Origin: Chiloscyllium plagiosum
Taxonomy: Eukaryota
Reading direction: 5' to 3'
Assembly (NCBI RefSeq): GCF_004010195.1
Contig: NC_057718.1
Location: 30,448,045 to 30,512,044 of the forward strand
DNA: 64,000 nucleotides
In this document: piece by piece, positions 39,740-52,833 of the stretch
How the letters are laid out: each line of letters opens with the position of its first letter
Numbering within the stretch: the stretch's first letter is position 1
Notes under the pieces: generated by a model
Databases searched by the model: none
Seen by the model: only the letters and a program-made list of their open reading frames with translations
Told to the model about the DNA's origin: nothing
Program-made: the position numbers and the translations under genes

Positions 39740-42305
39740 AAACCAAGCTGAGGTGGCAGTGTAGTGGCATACAGTTGGAAGGAAATTGCCTTGGAAATCC
39801 TCAGCATCTCAAAATTCACTCAGGACCTATGAAGATTCGGGGAATCAGTCAAACATGGGCAAGGAACCCTCCTGTTCATGAACTTGTACTGTCCTCCTCC
39901 AATTGCAACACCATCCCCCATGTGAATCAAAATTCCTCCATGTTGAACGTCACTTGGTGGAGGCACTGAGAGTGGCAAGTGTGCAAAATGTACCCAGTCG
40001 GAAGACTTCAAGAATAGCTCATCAGCACCACGACTGACTGACCAAGTGGTTGAGTGTTAAAGGGCACAATTGCTGGACTGGGTCTGCAGCAGTTGGTGAA
40101 GGGGCTATCAAAAGATGAAAAAAAAAATTAGCCTTATCCTCACAAATTTGCCTTCAGCAGATGTATCTGTCCGGGACATTATTATTAGGAGTGACCAATA
40201 CAGAGTTATTGTGGAGATGAAATCCCATATTCATATTGGAGATATTCTCCATCCAGTTGTGTGGGATTACTACCATGTTGAATGGGACAGTCTTAAAACA
40301 GATCTAGCAACTCTAAACTGGCCATCCATGAAGTGCTTTGGGTTATCAGCAGCAACAGAATTTTACTCCAACATAAACTGCAACCTCATGCCCAGCATAT
40401 CCTCTACTCTAACATTACAATGAAGAGAGCAGGACGGCATGCTGACGACAACACCAGGCATACCTAAAAATGTGGTGTCAACCTGCTGAAGCTCAAACAC
40501 AGGAAATCTTGCAGGCCAAACAGCACAAGCAGCCAATCATAGACAGAGTTAAGTGATTCATAACCAACAAATCAGTTCTAAGCTCTGGACTTGTGTCACA
40601 TCAGTCATGAATGGTGGTGGACAATTAAATATACCTCAGGAGGAGAAGGCCCCACAAGTATTCTCATCCTCAATGATGGTGGAGCCCAGCACATCAGAGC
40701 AAAAGATGAGGCTAAAGAACTTGCAGCAATCTTGATCCAGAAGTGCCGAGCAGATAATCCATTTCTGCCTTCTCTGGGGTTTTCCAATTTGATGCACTCC
40801 ACTTGACATCAAGACACGGCTAAACATACTCAATGCTGCAAATGATATCAGCCCTTACAATACTCCGGCGAAAGGACTGAAGACTGTTGTTATAGTACAA
40901 CTACAGCACTTGCTTCTACCTGACAATATGAAAAAATGCTTAGATCTGTCCTGTACACACAAAACAGTAAAAGTCAAACCCAGCTAGATACTACTCATCA
41001 GTCTTCTCTTGATTATCAGTAAAGTGGTGGAAGGATGCTTACTTTAAGCAACACTTGCTTAACAACAACTTGCTCACTGGCACCCAGTTTGGGCCATGAC
41101 CACTTGCCTTCTGGCCTCCTTGCAATTTTGGTTCAAATCTGGACTAAAAAGTATTATTACAGAGTTGAGGTGCCCATGACTGCCTTTGACATCAAGACCA
41201 AATTTGATTGAAAATGGCATCAAGAAGCCTTCGTACATCTACTGTGAATAGGAATCAGAAGAAAAACTCTGAGTCGTACCTAGCACAAGGGAAAATGATT
41301 ATCATTTTTAACAGTCAGTTATCTCAGCTCCAGGGCTTCAGTGTAGACACTACTCAGTGTAGTGTCGGAGGCCCAGCCATTTTCAGTTGCTTCATCAATG
41401 ACTTTCCCACTAGCATAAGGTTGGAAGTTGGAATGTTTTCTGATAACTGTCCAATGTTCAGCACTATTTGTGACTCTTCAGACATTGAATTAGTCCACGT
41501 CCCCAAATGCAGCAAGACTGGACAATATGAAGGTTTGAGTTGACTAGTAGAAAGTAACATTGGTGCTGTACAAGTTCTAGGCAATGACCATCTCCAGCAA
41601 GAGAATATCTAACCATCAACTTATTGACATTCAATGACATTACCATCACCGAATCTCCCACTATCAGCATCCTAGGGATTATCATTAGCCAGAAACTGAA
41701 CTGGACTAGCCATATAAGTACAATGCCTGCAAGAGCAGATTTCTCCTACACTGAGTATCTCACCTCCTGACTCCAGGACCTGTCCACCATCTACAAAGTA
41801 CAAGTTAGAAGTGTGATGGCATACTGCCCACTTTCATGAATGAGTACAGTTTTAATACTGCAGGAAGCTTGACACCATCCAGGATGTAGCAGCCACTTGA
41901 TTGACACCACATCCACAAATATGCAATCTCTTGATTGCTAATAATGCAGCAGCAATGTTTACCATCTGCAAGAGGCACTACAGAAATTTACCAAGGTTCC
42001 TTAGACAGCACCTTTGAAACTCAAGACCACTGCCATCTAGAAAGAAAAGGTCGATGGGAATACCATCACCTGCCAGTTCCTCTTCATGTCAATCACCATC
42101 CTGATGTGTAAACATATCACCTTTTCTTCATTGTCACTGGATTAAGTTGCAGAAACTCCCTCCCTTAACAGCGTTGCAGGTGTATCTACACCCCAATATT
42201 TGCTGTGATTTGGCAAGAAAATTTACCACCATCTTAAGGGCATTTAGGGATGGACAATAAATGCTTGCCCAGACAGCGATGTCCACATCCCCTGAATATA
42301 TTAAT
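39740..42305 (+). mobile_element. Long degenerate CR1/L2-group LINE (endonuclease, RT, 3' end)
   Basis: Fragments LILTNLP...RSDQ, GPAIFSCFINDFP, VGMFSDNC (FADD-like). 3' end 'gggcatttagggatggacaataaatgct'. Confidence 0.85.
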
Positions 42306-43429
42306 AAAATACAAGTCATTTTATCTCTGGCCACTCGGACAATTGAGTGTTCAGTACTGCCGCCAGAAACATGCTTTACCTCCAGGGACATTGTTTATGT
42401 TAGGTTACCGTAGCACTGCTATATGCAGAAGCAACAATGAAAAACCACATCTTAAGGTTAGGTTCCAGACACTTCAAGATGCAACAGCACTGCCCTGTTT
42501 AGTTTAAGAGTCCAAGGTGACTTCTGCTTTTGGAATTTTGTTTATTTCCTCCATTACTTTGCATCTCATTGGCAGCTCGTTAAAAGACAGTAGAGATTGT
42601 TTACTGTGTCTGGGGATTATGGCTGTAAATCCATTTCCTATAGCATCGTATTGCATTGGTATAACAGTACTACCACATTGCTGAAAATGGTAATATTTTG
42701 AATTTTAAGCAATTCTTTATATAATCTGGTTGAAGAAGTCAGGAAATTAGAACAAATCAGATTCATAATACTGCATCACCTGCTAAAATGTAGAAGCTAC
42801 ACTGCGTAATTACAGTTAATAAGCCTTTAAATCTAATTAGATTTATTTTAAAGATATGAAGTGTGGTGTTGTTGAGCTGGAAAATAATGCCAACTAAGAT
42901 AAGTTGTCTATTTTTATACTTGATGGTAAGTAGGTATATGAGATAAAATAGGAACCACAGCTTGGCTAGTTTATTTCCCTTTAAATTATTACTCTGTATC
43001 TGTATTCTCTTGAAGCTTTTTGTCTGAGACCTGTGAGGTGAAAATTTCATAAAAGCAGTTCATGCATGAAAAATAATCAGAAAACATGTTGTCAAATGTA
43101 TGCGTGTTGATATTTGACATAATTTTTTATACAACAAAATGTTAATTTGCAGCATTGGAAATACAAATTGCATTGAAAGCTGTATTTAGAAAGCCAGGCA
43201 TAGTTCAGCATGGAGGTAAAAGAAATGCATTGTATTTACTTGTCTTAATATTATTGTTGGTCTTTGAGCTGTCACTTACTGTGTGTTCACAATATGAGCT
43301 GCTATTTATGCACTCGAAAATTTTCTGGCCAGATTAGGGCAAAAGGTTGTGTTACCTACATGTATAATATTGTATAATAAATGTTCTTGTAGAATAAATT
43401 TGTTATACAAATGTCAGCAGAGTCATTTT

Positions 43430-43625
43430 TGCTCATGTCAGGTCTTTTGAAAGAAATGGAATGATGCCAGTGAATGCTCTGTAATTCATGCAGTGGTGTA
43501 ATGGAGCAAATGAAATGCAAAGGCTTTATACCGGTCCAATTTCAGCACCAAGCACTCACCTGTCAATCATTAGGATTGTCACTGAATAAAAATGAGGCCA
43601 TCTCTGAGAGGGGGGAGAAAATGAA
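43430..43625. promoter_or_regulatory. Candidate enhancer with perfect PBX-MEIS/PREP decamer
   Basis: Reverse complement of 43560-43569 is TGATTGACAG, overlapping E-box CAGGTG; CCAAT at 43536-43540; no repeat recognised in this block. Confidence 0.35.
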
Positions 43626-44086
43626 AGATTTTAATTTAAATCAAATTCTTTGAATTAGCAATAGGTTTAAAGGAAGAAGTGAAGAAAAAAAGGAACTGCT
43701 GGAAAGAAAAGCTTGAACCTAGGTAGGCAGAGGAAAAATGACACTTGCGTTAGCAGTAATAATAGGCTTTAACATGGTCTACCCTTCTTGTCTTTGTCAT
43801 TCTTTAGCATTGCACCTGCCTGCGATGTTCTGTCTCAACAAATAACTCATGGCAGGTGATTTACCCCAGGCTATGGATGAATGAACCAATCAGCAAAGAA
43901 CCTGCAAAGAACTGGTCAGGTGTATTATCTAGTTTCAATGATTTCTGACTGAAAAAATGTTGAAGCTTAAAATAGAATATCATTAGTAGTTCTAATTGAT
44001 GTCAATTATCTTGAGTTTTTAATTTGGATGAAAATTGTTTTTGTATAGAAGTCTTTGAATGTGACCAGTGACACCCCATGTTATCA

Positions 44087-44395
44087 GGTGGCTCAGTGGT
44101 TAGCACTGCTGCCTCACAGCGCCAGGGACCCCGGGTTCAATTCCCGCCTCGGGCAGCTGTCTGTGTGGAGTTTGCACATTTTCCCCGTGTCTGCGTGGGT
44201 TTCCTCCGAGTGCTCCAGTTTCCTCCCACAATCCAAAGATGTGCAGGTTAGGTGAATTGACCATGCTAAATTGCCTGTAGTGTTAGATGCAGGGGTAAAT
44301 GTAAGGGAATGGGTCTAGGTGGGTTGCTCTTCAGAGAGTCAATGTGGACTTGTTGGGCTGAAGGGCCTGTTTCCACATTGTAGGGAATCTAAGAA
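44087..44395 (+). mobile_element. HE1-like SINE
   Basis: 'ggtggctcagtggttagcactgctgcctcacagcgccagggacccgggttcaattccc'. Confidence 0.93.
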
Positions 44396-44524
44396 TCAGC
44401 TGCAGAGGCCTGCAGCTCACTCTTCATTTAAGGTACTGAATGCTGGGCATGTGCAGATTAAGAAAAATTAATTTGTTCTGAGAAGGTGAAAAATTCACCA
44501 CTTGCTCAATGTCCATTGCAAATG

Positions 44525-44615
44525 TACTTCCAATTAAACCTGTTGAACTATAACCTGGTGTTGTGTGAGTTTTAACTTTGTACACCCCAGTCCAAGACCG
44601 GCATCTCCAAATCAT
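44525..44615 (+). mobile_element. Penelope terminal fragment
   Basis: 'aaacctgttgaactataacctggtgttgtg...tacaccccagtcc...catctccaaatcat', as at 50860-50930. Confidence 0.8.
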
Positions 44616-44889
44616 TCTTCCCCCAGGTTATCCTTGCTTTCTGCCAACAGTACTGAATTTGCAGCAATCTGTCCACCATATCAACCGCCAAACCACCATT
44701 TTTACTTTATGCAGCGACAGTTATATATGGACTACCACACCAGTGAACATGCCCATTGAAATCTGATCTGGCGCAATGTGGTTGGAAACAAAAAGATGAG
44801 AATGTGACTCATTCAATGATCACGAAATGCTATTTCTGTAGAGAACAGAACAGATTAGAGGAGAACTTGGATTAGTTGAATTACTTCCC

Positions 44890-45000
44890 AAATCTGATGA
44901 AAGGTCATAGACATGAAATTAAAACCCTGTTTCTCTTTCTCTACAGATACTGCCTAATTTGCTGATTATTTCCAACATTTTCTGCTTTCAGTTGAGATTC
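44890..45000 (+). mobile_element. Penelope-type terminal fragment with hammerhead-like core
   Basis: CTGATGA-aaggtcatagacat-GAAA (44894-44918), then 'acagatactgcc...tttccaacattttctg'. Confidence 0.6.
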
Positions 45001-47979
45001 AAAAATATTTTGCTTTTCTATTAGGTATATTCCCAAATGTCTTAGTGCCACATTTTTTTATGTCTCTGTAAAATACTTTGGTAATTTTCTGTAAGAGACA
45101 CAATATTAATACAAGTTTTTCTTGGTTGTAAGGCTCATTACTTTATGGCAGTAATTGAAGTATGAGAGTTGTTCATTTGTTTATTTGTTCATTTCTTGTC
45201 TTTTTTTGCACATTAGAGGGCAACGGAATTATCAGTGACCAGTTCTTCCTTATTATTGAGGTGCTTATACTGACGAATTAGGATTGATGTAATGATGTTT
45301 CCTGAGTTAGAATTTACAACTGACTTCAAGAGTTATCAGAGAAGTATGTATGTATATTAAAATGCTTCCAGGAGCAAAAGTAAGGAAAGCAGGCAATTTC
45401 CCAATATGAATTTACATCAGTGCGTCACTGACCTCTGTGGTGGCTGTAGATTTGTCACAGGAGTCAGTTGTAGAGACCAGCATAATTCCCTCCATACTTG
45501 AAGCACACTGAAACTAGCAGTTATAATTTCAGTTATCCATCTTTTTAATACTCGTGTTGTATTTGAACATAAAATTATCCCAGTAAAATCATACCTCGTG
45601 AGTGCCAAACATTATCCGAAGTCCTGGGTCATGTTCTTTAGTGTGTGGCTGCATGTGTTTTAATCTGAATATTTATTACTATTATTTGATGTTGGTTATT
45701 GTGAGTTAGATGATATGCTATTTTATAACAAAAGGGAATTGTTGGCAGTGCAGTCAGCGATTGGACTTATACAAGATGGTATTTTTGGGTTTTCACAGGT
45801 GTTTTAGGATCACATTCATTCATGAATCAGATTTTCTTTAGATGGCAGAATAAACCCTCTGCTGATAAGCACCAACTGCAGAAACCAAGCATCGGAGAGA
45901 TGTAGAGGTCTCAAAGTACAAATTTGAATGGAAGTACTCTTTAATGCTAAGCAAGGTTTAATCATATTTTCTGAAATATATGATTTCAAAACCTTGCATT
46001 ATAAAATCTTATTTTTGAACCATATTTCAAAGACTGAAATGGAAGATGATATGCAGAGGTATCATTAAGTTCTTTGCTTTGTGTTTTTATTGGTGAATTC
46101 CATCAGAATTATGCTCACTAAGCTTTGGTTGTTGCTAAAAGCTGTGGAAGAATGCACCAATTCAGTGTCTCACTAAAATTGAGACAGAAGGTTCATCTGT
46201 CTTTTTGTTGTTTACCCCACATCTCCCAGCTTCTGTATGTCCTAGTTCTAAATTTGTGCTTTTTCTAGTTTCTCATACAACTACCCTCAAGTGTCTCCTG
46301 AGATCATCCTAGTGCTGAGACCTACCTTAGTCCATTTCCTCAATACTGATGCCATCCTGATTGTATTTTTGGTCTTCATGACATTATTAGAAGAACCTCT
46401 TGTTTCATAAGCCACCCTTTTCTCATTTAAAACTGCCAGTGTCAACCTCCTGAAAGAAACAGTCCCAATTTCTGTATCTATAATTTCATGCCTCATGTCC
46501 TAACTTTCTTTCTTGAGTGGTTTCCCTTTTCATGTTATCTCTCCAATCTAACTAGCTTTTATTTTCTTTCTGGTTTGTTCCTACTGTCTTGTAAAACTTT
46601 CTATCTGCCCTATAGGAGAAGTGCTCTAAATATTTACCTTGCTGTTTATTAGAGGTGTATACCTTTCAGAAATTAATGTCAATACTCAGTTTGAATTGGA
46701 TCCTTATATTCAATAATAAGAGACTTTCCATCTATATGGACATCTTTCAAATTTAAGACGCAAACAATCAAAGGCAGCATGATAATTCAATGCACCATTA
46801 GCCTTTCATTTTCATTAAGAGCATCTCATGTTTTAAGATATCAGTGCAGGAAATGAATGTGTAAGTTGAAGTGGTTACTTAACAACACTTTTAATTATTA
46901 CAAGTTATTTTATTCAGCTAGCTGTAAGAACACTGACGTACAATTTTGATAAAGCATGCTGGCATAAAGGATATTTCAGATTTCACCAGAAATCTAGATT
47001 ACACTTCTGGAATTCCATTTATGATGTAGCTACAAAAATTGTACAAAGTTCTAATAATCAAATGGAAATTATCCAATAAATGCACTGTCATTAAAAACAT
47101 CTATCTATAAGTTATGTATTCAACAAGAGAACCATTATGCATCAGATCATTCCATCCTAGCCATCATTGTTCTCATGATGAGGACTTTAAGAAGGAGTAA
47201 AAGTCATAAACTAAATCAACTGCATAATACCAGTATTACATATGATTAATGATGATTTCCTGAAAATTCTTGCTGTTTATCTATGTGCATGCATAGAAGA
47301 GTGTAAAGAATTTCCAGATCACAATTTAGTCCTGTGTTTACTATGATTCTTTCAAACATTTCATGAGATTACAGCCTTACAATTGCCCTTTGATATGTGT
47401 TGTTCTCATCGCATTTTATTCCTGTGTACATTATTCTCTCTACCCCCTCCCATGATATTAAAAAAAATCAGAGTTGAAATATGAAAAGAAAAGTGCAACC
47501 CAGTGCTGTTTGTTGATCTCTAAACCACTACAGTTTGATTGCCTAACGTTAAACCTGTAATAACAGTGCAATCATAGCAGTATCATGTTGAATGGTGCTG
47601 TAATAGAAACAACATTTACCAAGCCTGTGGAATTGGATCAAACTTTTTGTAGTGAAGTGCTTATTTGCCAGCATTGATCTGTCTATGTCAATTGTTGACT
47701 GTTCTCATCCCAGGCATATTGATCACATAATAAGTAGATGGCAGTTGCAGATGGGCAAAATTCCTCATTTTAGGATAAATTATTGGCTGTTGTCTATTGA
47801 CCTTCTACATTCCTCTTTGCACTTCTGGATGTTGGTGGGATAATTACTTGTTACTTGTATGAATCCATTTCTTTCTGAGCTTCCTGTTCACAGATATGTA
47901 ATAAAACTTGGGTTTCTTTTGCATAGACTAGCAGATAGCTAATTGGAAAGACTTTAAGTTGGCAGGATTAATGTCTATG

Positions 47980-48105
47980 GGAAAAAGTGAGGACTGCAGA
48001 TGCTGGAGATCAGAGTCAAAAGTGTGGTACTGGAAAAGCACAGCAAGTCAGGCAGCATCAGAGGAGCAGGAGAAACAACGTTTCAGGTATAAGCCCTTCA
48101 TCAGG
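47980..48105 (-). mobile_element. Penelope terminal fragment with hammerhead core and 10-bp flanking duplication
   Basis: Reverse complement CTGATGA-agggcttatacct-GAAAC (48081-48104). 'aatgtctatg' at 47970-47979 and 48106-48115. Confidence 0.85.
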
Positions 48106-50767
48106 AATGTCTATGATGATTTTGAGATCTCCACCATAATCCGATCCATTCGCGAATCTAAATTCAGTATTAGCAGAATGGAAGAAATCGCACAGACAAG
48201 CCTTACCTGTTATCACCTTAACATTGCTTATTGTATAGCAACCAGAACTAGGAGCTCTATCAAATTTGTCTCTCACTATCTTAGAATTGCTGAGTGCTTT
48301 AACTGTTGTTTCTGACAAGGGATTGAGTCTGGCTTCTGCATGATGTGCATGTTCATTATCACACCAAATAATACATTTATCGAATTAGAGAATTGCTATT
48401 TTTTAAACTTGTTTTATTTTTCGTTGTATTGACATGAGCTAATTGAATAAGGCTTCTGTCATAGCCATTGCCCCTCACCTAATCGAATATATCCAATTTA
48501 TGTAAAGAAAGGTTTCCATCATGAATGTTGCCGACATATTAAATTTCATCAGCATGATTTACCTGCCAAAGTACTTTTATGTATTGAGCCTAATGAATCT
48601 GCATAGGATTTATCAACCTGCACTGACCCATAATTACACAAGAAGCACAACTTCAGTCAGAAGTTTTTGGTTAATCCACTGTTATGAAGACAGTGCAGTG
48701 TAATGTTAGAGTTTTGTCTTGTTTTGTAATTTTTTTTGCTACATATGTGGACAACACAGCTACAGAACATAGTCATCTGATCATCATAAAACGTTTATTG
48801 ATTGTCCTGTGTATTGACATACTGAGATCATGTGTTACATATATGTTACAGTGCGTGGGTTGAAAGGACCATGTTTCTCCTCTCTTGTTTACTGAAATGG
48901 ACTGCCTCTGTGCCCTTATTTTAGTTTTCACTCTAAACCAGTGTGGTTTTGAACATCTAAACCTGGCCTTAGATAATAAGAAGATAAACTAACATTTTGT
49001 GACGACAGCAATTCCTTTAGTTGTCAAGGATTTTAAAAATTTCTTTGTACCAGATACGGGCGAATTTTCAGACCAGTGTATTTTTTAACATCTCAGTAAG
49101 GATCTACAAAGTGGAATATCAGTTGAAAAGAAGAATCAATAAACCAATTTGCCCTCCTCACAATGTGCATAGGATATTGAGAGTAAGATCCTATCCCGAA
49201 GAACTCTCACTCATACCATAAGCCACTACCTTCCTCAAACTTTCTGACATCATAAAATTAATTGCAGATATGTTGGTACATTTACCTCTAGCCGCTCAAT
49301 GGCATGATTATGATCCCGTGAACTTTTCTGGAGTCAGTGGCAATGCTTCCATGTGGACATATCCTTCCACATTCTTTAACTAGTTAAATGTAGTTGCATG
49401 AATGTGATTTAAATGGGACTATGAGCAAACAGTACCAGGTAAAAAAGGGTGACATTGGATGTTCTGTTAGATGACTATATGTAATGTAAAAAGAGTAATA
49501 TTAGCACTTAAAGGATATGTGTATTCTACAGTACACATGTCTGAGTCAGCTGTTCTCCACTATTAATGCAGCTGTTACATTCTCACTTATCAGCTCCTCT
49601 TCCAGATATCAGCAGCTCTGTTGTGGTGGACACACAATTTAACTGCACAGAAGGAGACACGGAGATGTGCATAAGCCATCCAGTACCAGATGTGAATACG
49701 TTGTCAGCTTTAACTTGGTATGTATTGTACATGTACCAGAGGTGACACTATGACATGCACACGCCATGCAATATCAGAAATGAGTGCATTGTCAAAATTT
49801 ACTGATCCTATATTGTTATATTGAGAAGAACTGACATTGAGAAATGCACACACAGCATGTTTATGATATCAGATATGAGTGAATCGTCAAACTGAGCTCT
49901 ACACATAATCCATGTAAAGGAAGGAACTCTGTGACGTATTTTGTTTGCTTTTCTTGCTATTGTTTTTCCTTTCTCTTATGCAATTATTGAAAAGACAAAG
50001 AATCTTTCTACCGATTGACTTCAGTGGCAATCTGGCATTGTCTGTCTGAAGGTGACATTATTGGTTCCCAAGTGATCAGTTAGCTTCAACTTTGGTACAT
50101 TGTAAATCTACAATGTCGCACCCCACTAATGTAGCATGCTGGAAATCAAGCCTCACTATTCCTGGAGTCATCATAAAAATTAAAACAAATTCATCAGAGC
50201 ACCCAATTTGCATATCTAATAGGCTCAGCTCAACAGAAACAGGGTTTCTTTGCTGATCAAGAAATACTATTTATTACAAATAAATAGTTTCTAACCACAC
50301 ATACAATTGTGAATTATCAATATATAACTCTACAAGTGAAAACTCTAACCCTCTCTTTAAAAAAAAACGATACACATGTACAGAAAAAAATTGGTGTTAT
50401 AGATAGAGGGACTAAAAAAAACTTAGAAAATTGTTCAATGACACCTGCACTCTGGACTTTTCCAAGTCCTTCAGTTCCTGTGTTTTTTTTCCTTCAGGCT
50501 CCTTTCACTTCTTCATGGGAAGCACACAGTGGTTGGTTTAAAAGTTAAAAGTTTCTGAATTATTGGTTAAAGCAGCAGCTTACAGCAACTGATAGGAGAA
50601 AAATAAACAGGTTTTTAATAGCTTCAAATATGTTATTGGATGGAGAGAGAAACCACGTTGTCTTCTCAAGGTCCAATGGTTTCTCACTATTTTGTTCACA
50701 CCCACTGCTGTTCAGCTACCTGGAAATTAATCCAACAGTAGTCATCAGGCTGATGACCTTTGACATC

Positions 50768-50930
50768 CAAAGTTAAAAATCACATAACACCAGGTTATAG
50801 TCCAACAGGTTTAATTGGAAGCACTTGCTTTCAGAGCGCCGCTCCTTCATCAGATGGTGTTGGACTATAACCTGGTGTTGTGATTTTTAACTTTGTACAC
50901 CCCAGTGCAACACTGGCATCTCCAAATCAT
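50768..50930. mobile_element. Fold-back Penelope derivative
   Basis: Arms 'aaagttaaaaatcacataacaccaggttatagtccaaca' and 'tgttggactataacctggtgttgtgatttttaacttt'. Confidence 0.88.
50827..50853 (-). ncRNA. Minimal hammerhead ribozyme core (Penelope-associated)
   Basis: CTGATGA-a-GGAGC-ggc-GCTCT-GAAA: intact core boxes and a 5-bp stem II. Stems I and III not verified. Confidence 0.55.
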
Positions 50931-51289
50931 AACTGGCCATGTATTGTTGCTCCTAAAACTAGGTGTAAGTAGTACCAGATTTACATTTCATTCTCAACTA
51001 TTATCAAGTAAATAAATAAGGCATGTAATGAAAATTCTGAACAGTTTTATTAATCTATTGCACTATCTACTCCTGCTAAATGAATGATTTTTGTACTAAA
51101 TGTGTTCAAATTAACCAGTATTTTGAAGTAAGCAATTGAAAGAGTAAATTTTTTTCCTAAAAATAAATTATACAGAGAACAGCATAAATTCCAGCATTAA
51201 CCATATCTCTAGATTCTCTCTTCATTAATTGGAAAACGGTCCAAAATCCCGCTCCAGGAAGTTCAGCAGATTGGTGAGGTAGTTTGCAA

Positions 51290-51570
51290 TATGGATGTCT
51301 GATCTTTCTGGTTAGATGTTGAACTGAGGCCCCTTGTGGATTTAAAAGATCCCACAGAGCTATTTGAAGAGGACTAAGGCAGTTTGCCTGGTGTCCCGCC
51401 CAACATTAATCCCTCAACAATATTTTCTTAAAGCATATTATCTGATCATTATTTCATTGCTGTTTTTTAAGAGCTGGCTGCATGTAAATTGGTTGTTTTG
51501 TCCCACATCTTATTGGCCATGAAATGTTTTGAGATGCCCTGAGGTTGTGAAATACTTAACAAATGTGTTT
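51290..51570 (+). mobile_element. DeuSINE (SacSINE1/AmnSINE1-like) Deu-domain fragment
   Basis: 'gatgttgaactgaggcccc...taaaagatcccac...tatttgaagagg...ggtgtcccgccaacatt' matches the Deu-domain pattern as I recall it. Confidence 0.7.
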
Positions 51571-52579
51571 TTGCTCATTTTGATGACCCCAATAAAATTT
51601 CTGTAATGAATACTTTTTAGAGGTAGTCTCGTATATTTGGAGAAAATCCTAAATCTTCAATTTAGGCACAAGATTAGCCCATTTATACTTATTATAATCT
51701 CCAACAAAGATTTTTCCGAATTGTGTTGAATTTTGCCTTGAACTCCAACGTTTGAAATCATCTTCACCACTGCTTGCCCCTTATTCCCTTTCAAAAGATA
51801 CTGATTCATACTATTGTGATTTCATGGGTCTTATCTTGTTCTCCATTAACTTGATGAAGTGGTTGTTCTTCACTCTCAAGCCTGATAGTAAATGTTGACA
51901 GATTCCACCATAGCAGGTGAATATTAGAAGTACTTTCTTACAGAAGCAGTATCATTGTACACTGATGATGATAAAGAATTTTTTTCTCTCTGTCGGCTTA
52001 TAGCTAATAGCTGTGCACACTGACTCTCTGCCATGACTTTGTAAGTGTACAAATAAGATCACCAATATCACCAGCTCCTACAGACCTATTGTCCAACCTT
52101 AGACATCCTGTTCTGCAGGATTTAACACTGCAGCACAAGGTACTTTTACCTGTACACATTCTTCATAGGTCCAATCTGTGGTCAAATAGAATACATATTT
52201 AAATAGGAATGGTTTCTCTCAGTTTAATTTGAGAGTAATAAGTGAAACTTTATTATATTTATGTGATAGGGAATGAATAGATCCAAGTATCTGAATATGT
52301 ATAATAGGAATGGGCAAATTTATCTTCTAGTGAAACATGCATAACAATTCGAGTTTTTTATATTTCTAAAAATAGCAAAGAAATAAAGCATAGGAATGAT
52401 TTTAAGGTTAATGTTTTTCTTTTCTGAAGCATAACAATTGAAGGAGCAGTTGTATTTTCTTTTTTTCACTCTTAACATAGGTCACCTTCACAAGTAAGAG
52501 CAGACAAACTGATATTGATTACAGAAGAGGTTTTTGTTGGGTACTTCACAAATTATTGAGTGACAAATATTATTGAATT

Positions 52580-52833
52580 TGATTCGTGGAAGTAAGAAGA
52601 CAGCTGAAGCAGAAGAGAGCTCGTGCTAGCATCAGAGTCATTTCCCGACAGCCTGAGAGCAGAGCTCTGAGATGGATACTGAGCTGTTTTCTGGCCCTCG
52701 GAGATTAGCTGGTGCAGCCTTCCTTGCAAATTCCCAAGGCTGTCAGCAGAACCAATTAGATTTTCAACCAGCAGACAGGGAGGGTGGCACTCAGGGACCT
52801 TTTTGCTTTAGGTCGTAGGCTTTTCTGACTGCG
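52580..52833 (+). other. Candidate promoter-proximal/first exon
   Basis: Non-repeat block richer in GC and CpG than its flanks, ETS-like 'ggaagt', donor 'GCG|gtaaga', 48-aa ORF at 52672-52818. Confidence 0.3.

Larger units (their letters stand above)
50130..51000. mobile_element. Probable solo LTR related to 29527-30429; 3' boundary uncertain
   Basis: Identical 24-bp start and continued weaker similarity. Confidence 0.5.

Noticed and set aside
29527..51000. Single 21-kb provirus bounded by the two LTR-like copies
   Set aside because: The copies are too divergent, no matching TSD was seen, and there is no gag/pol between them.
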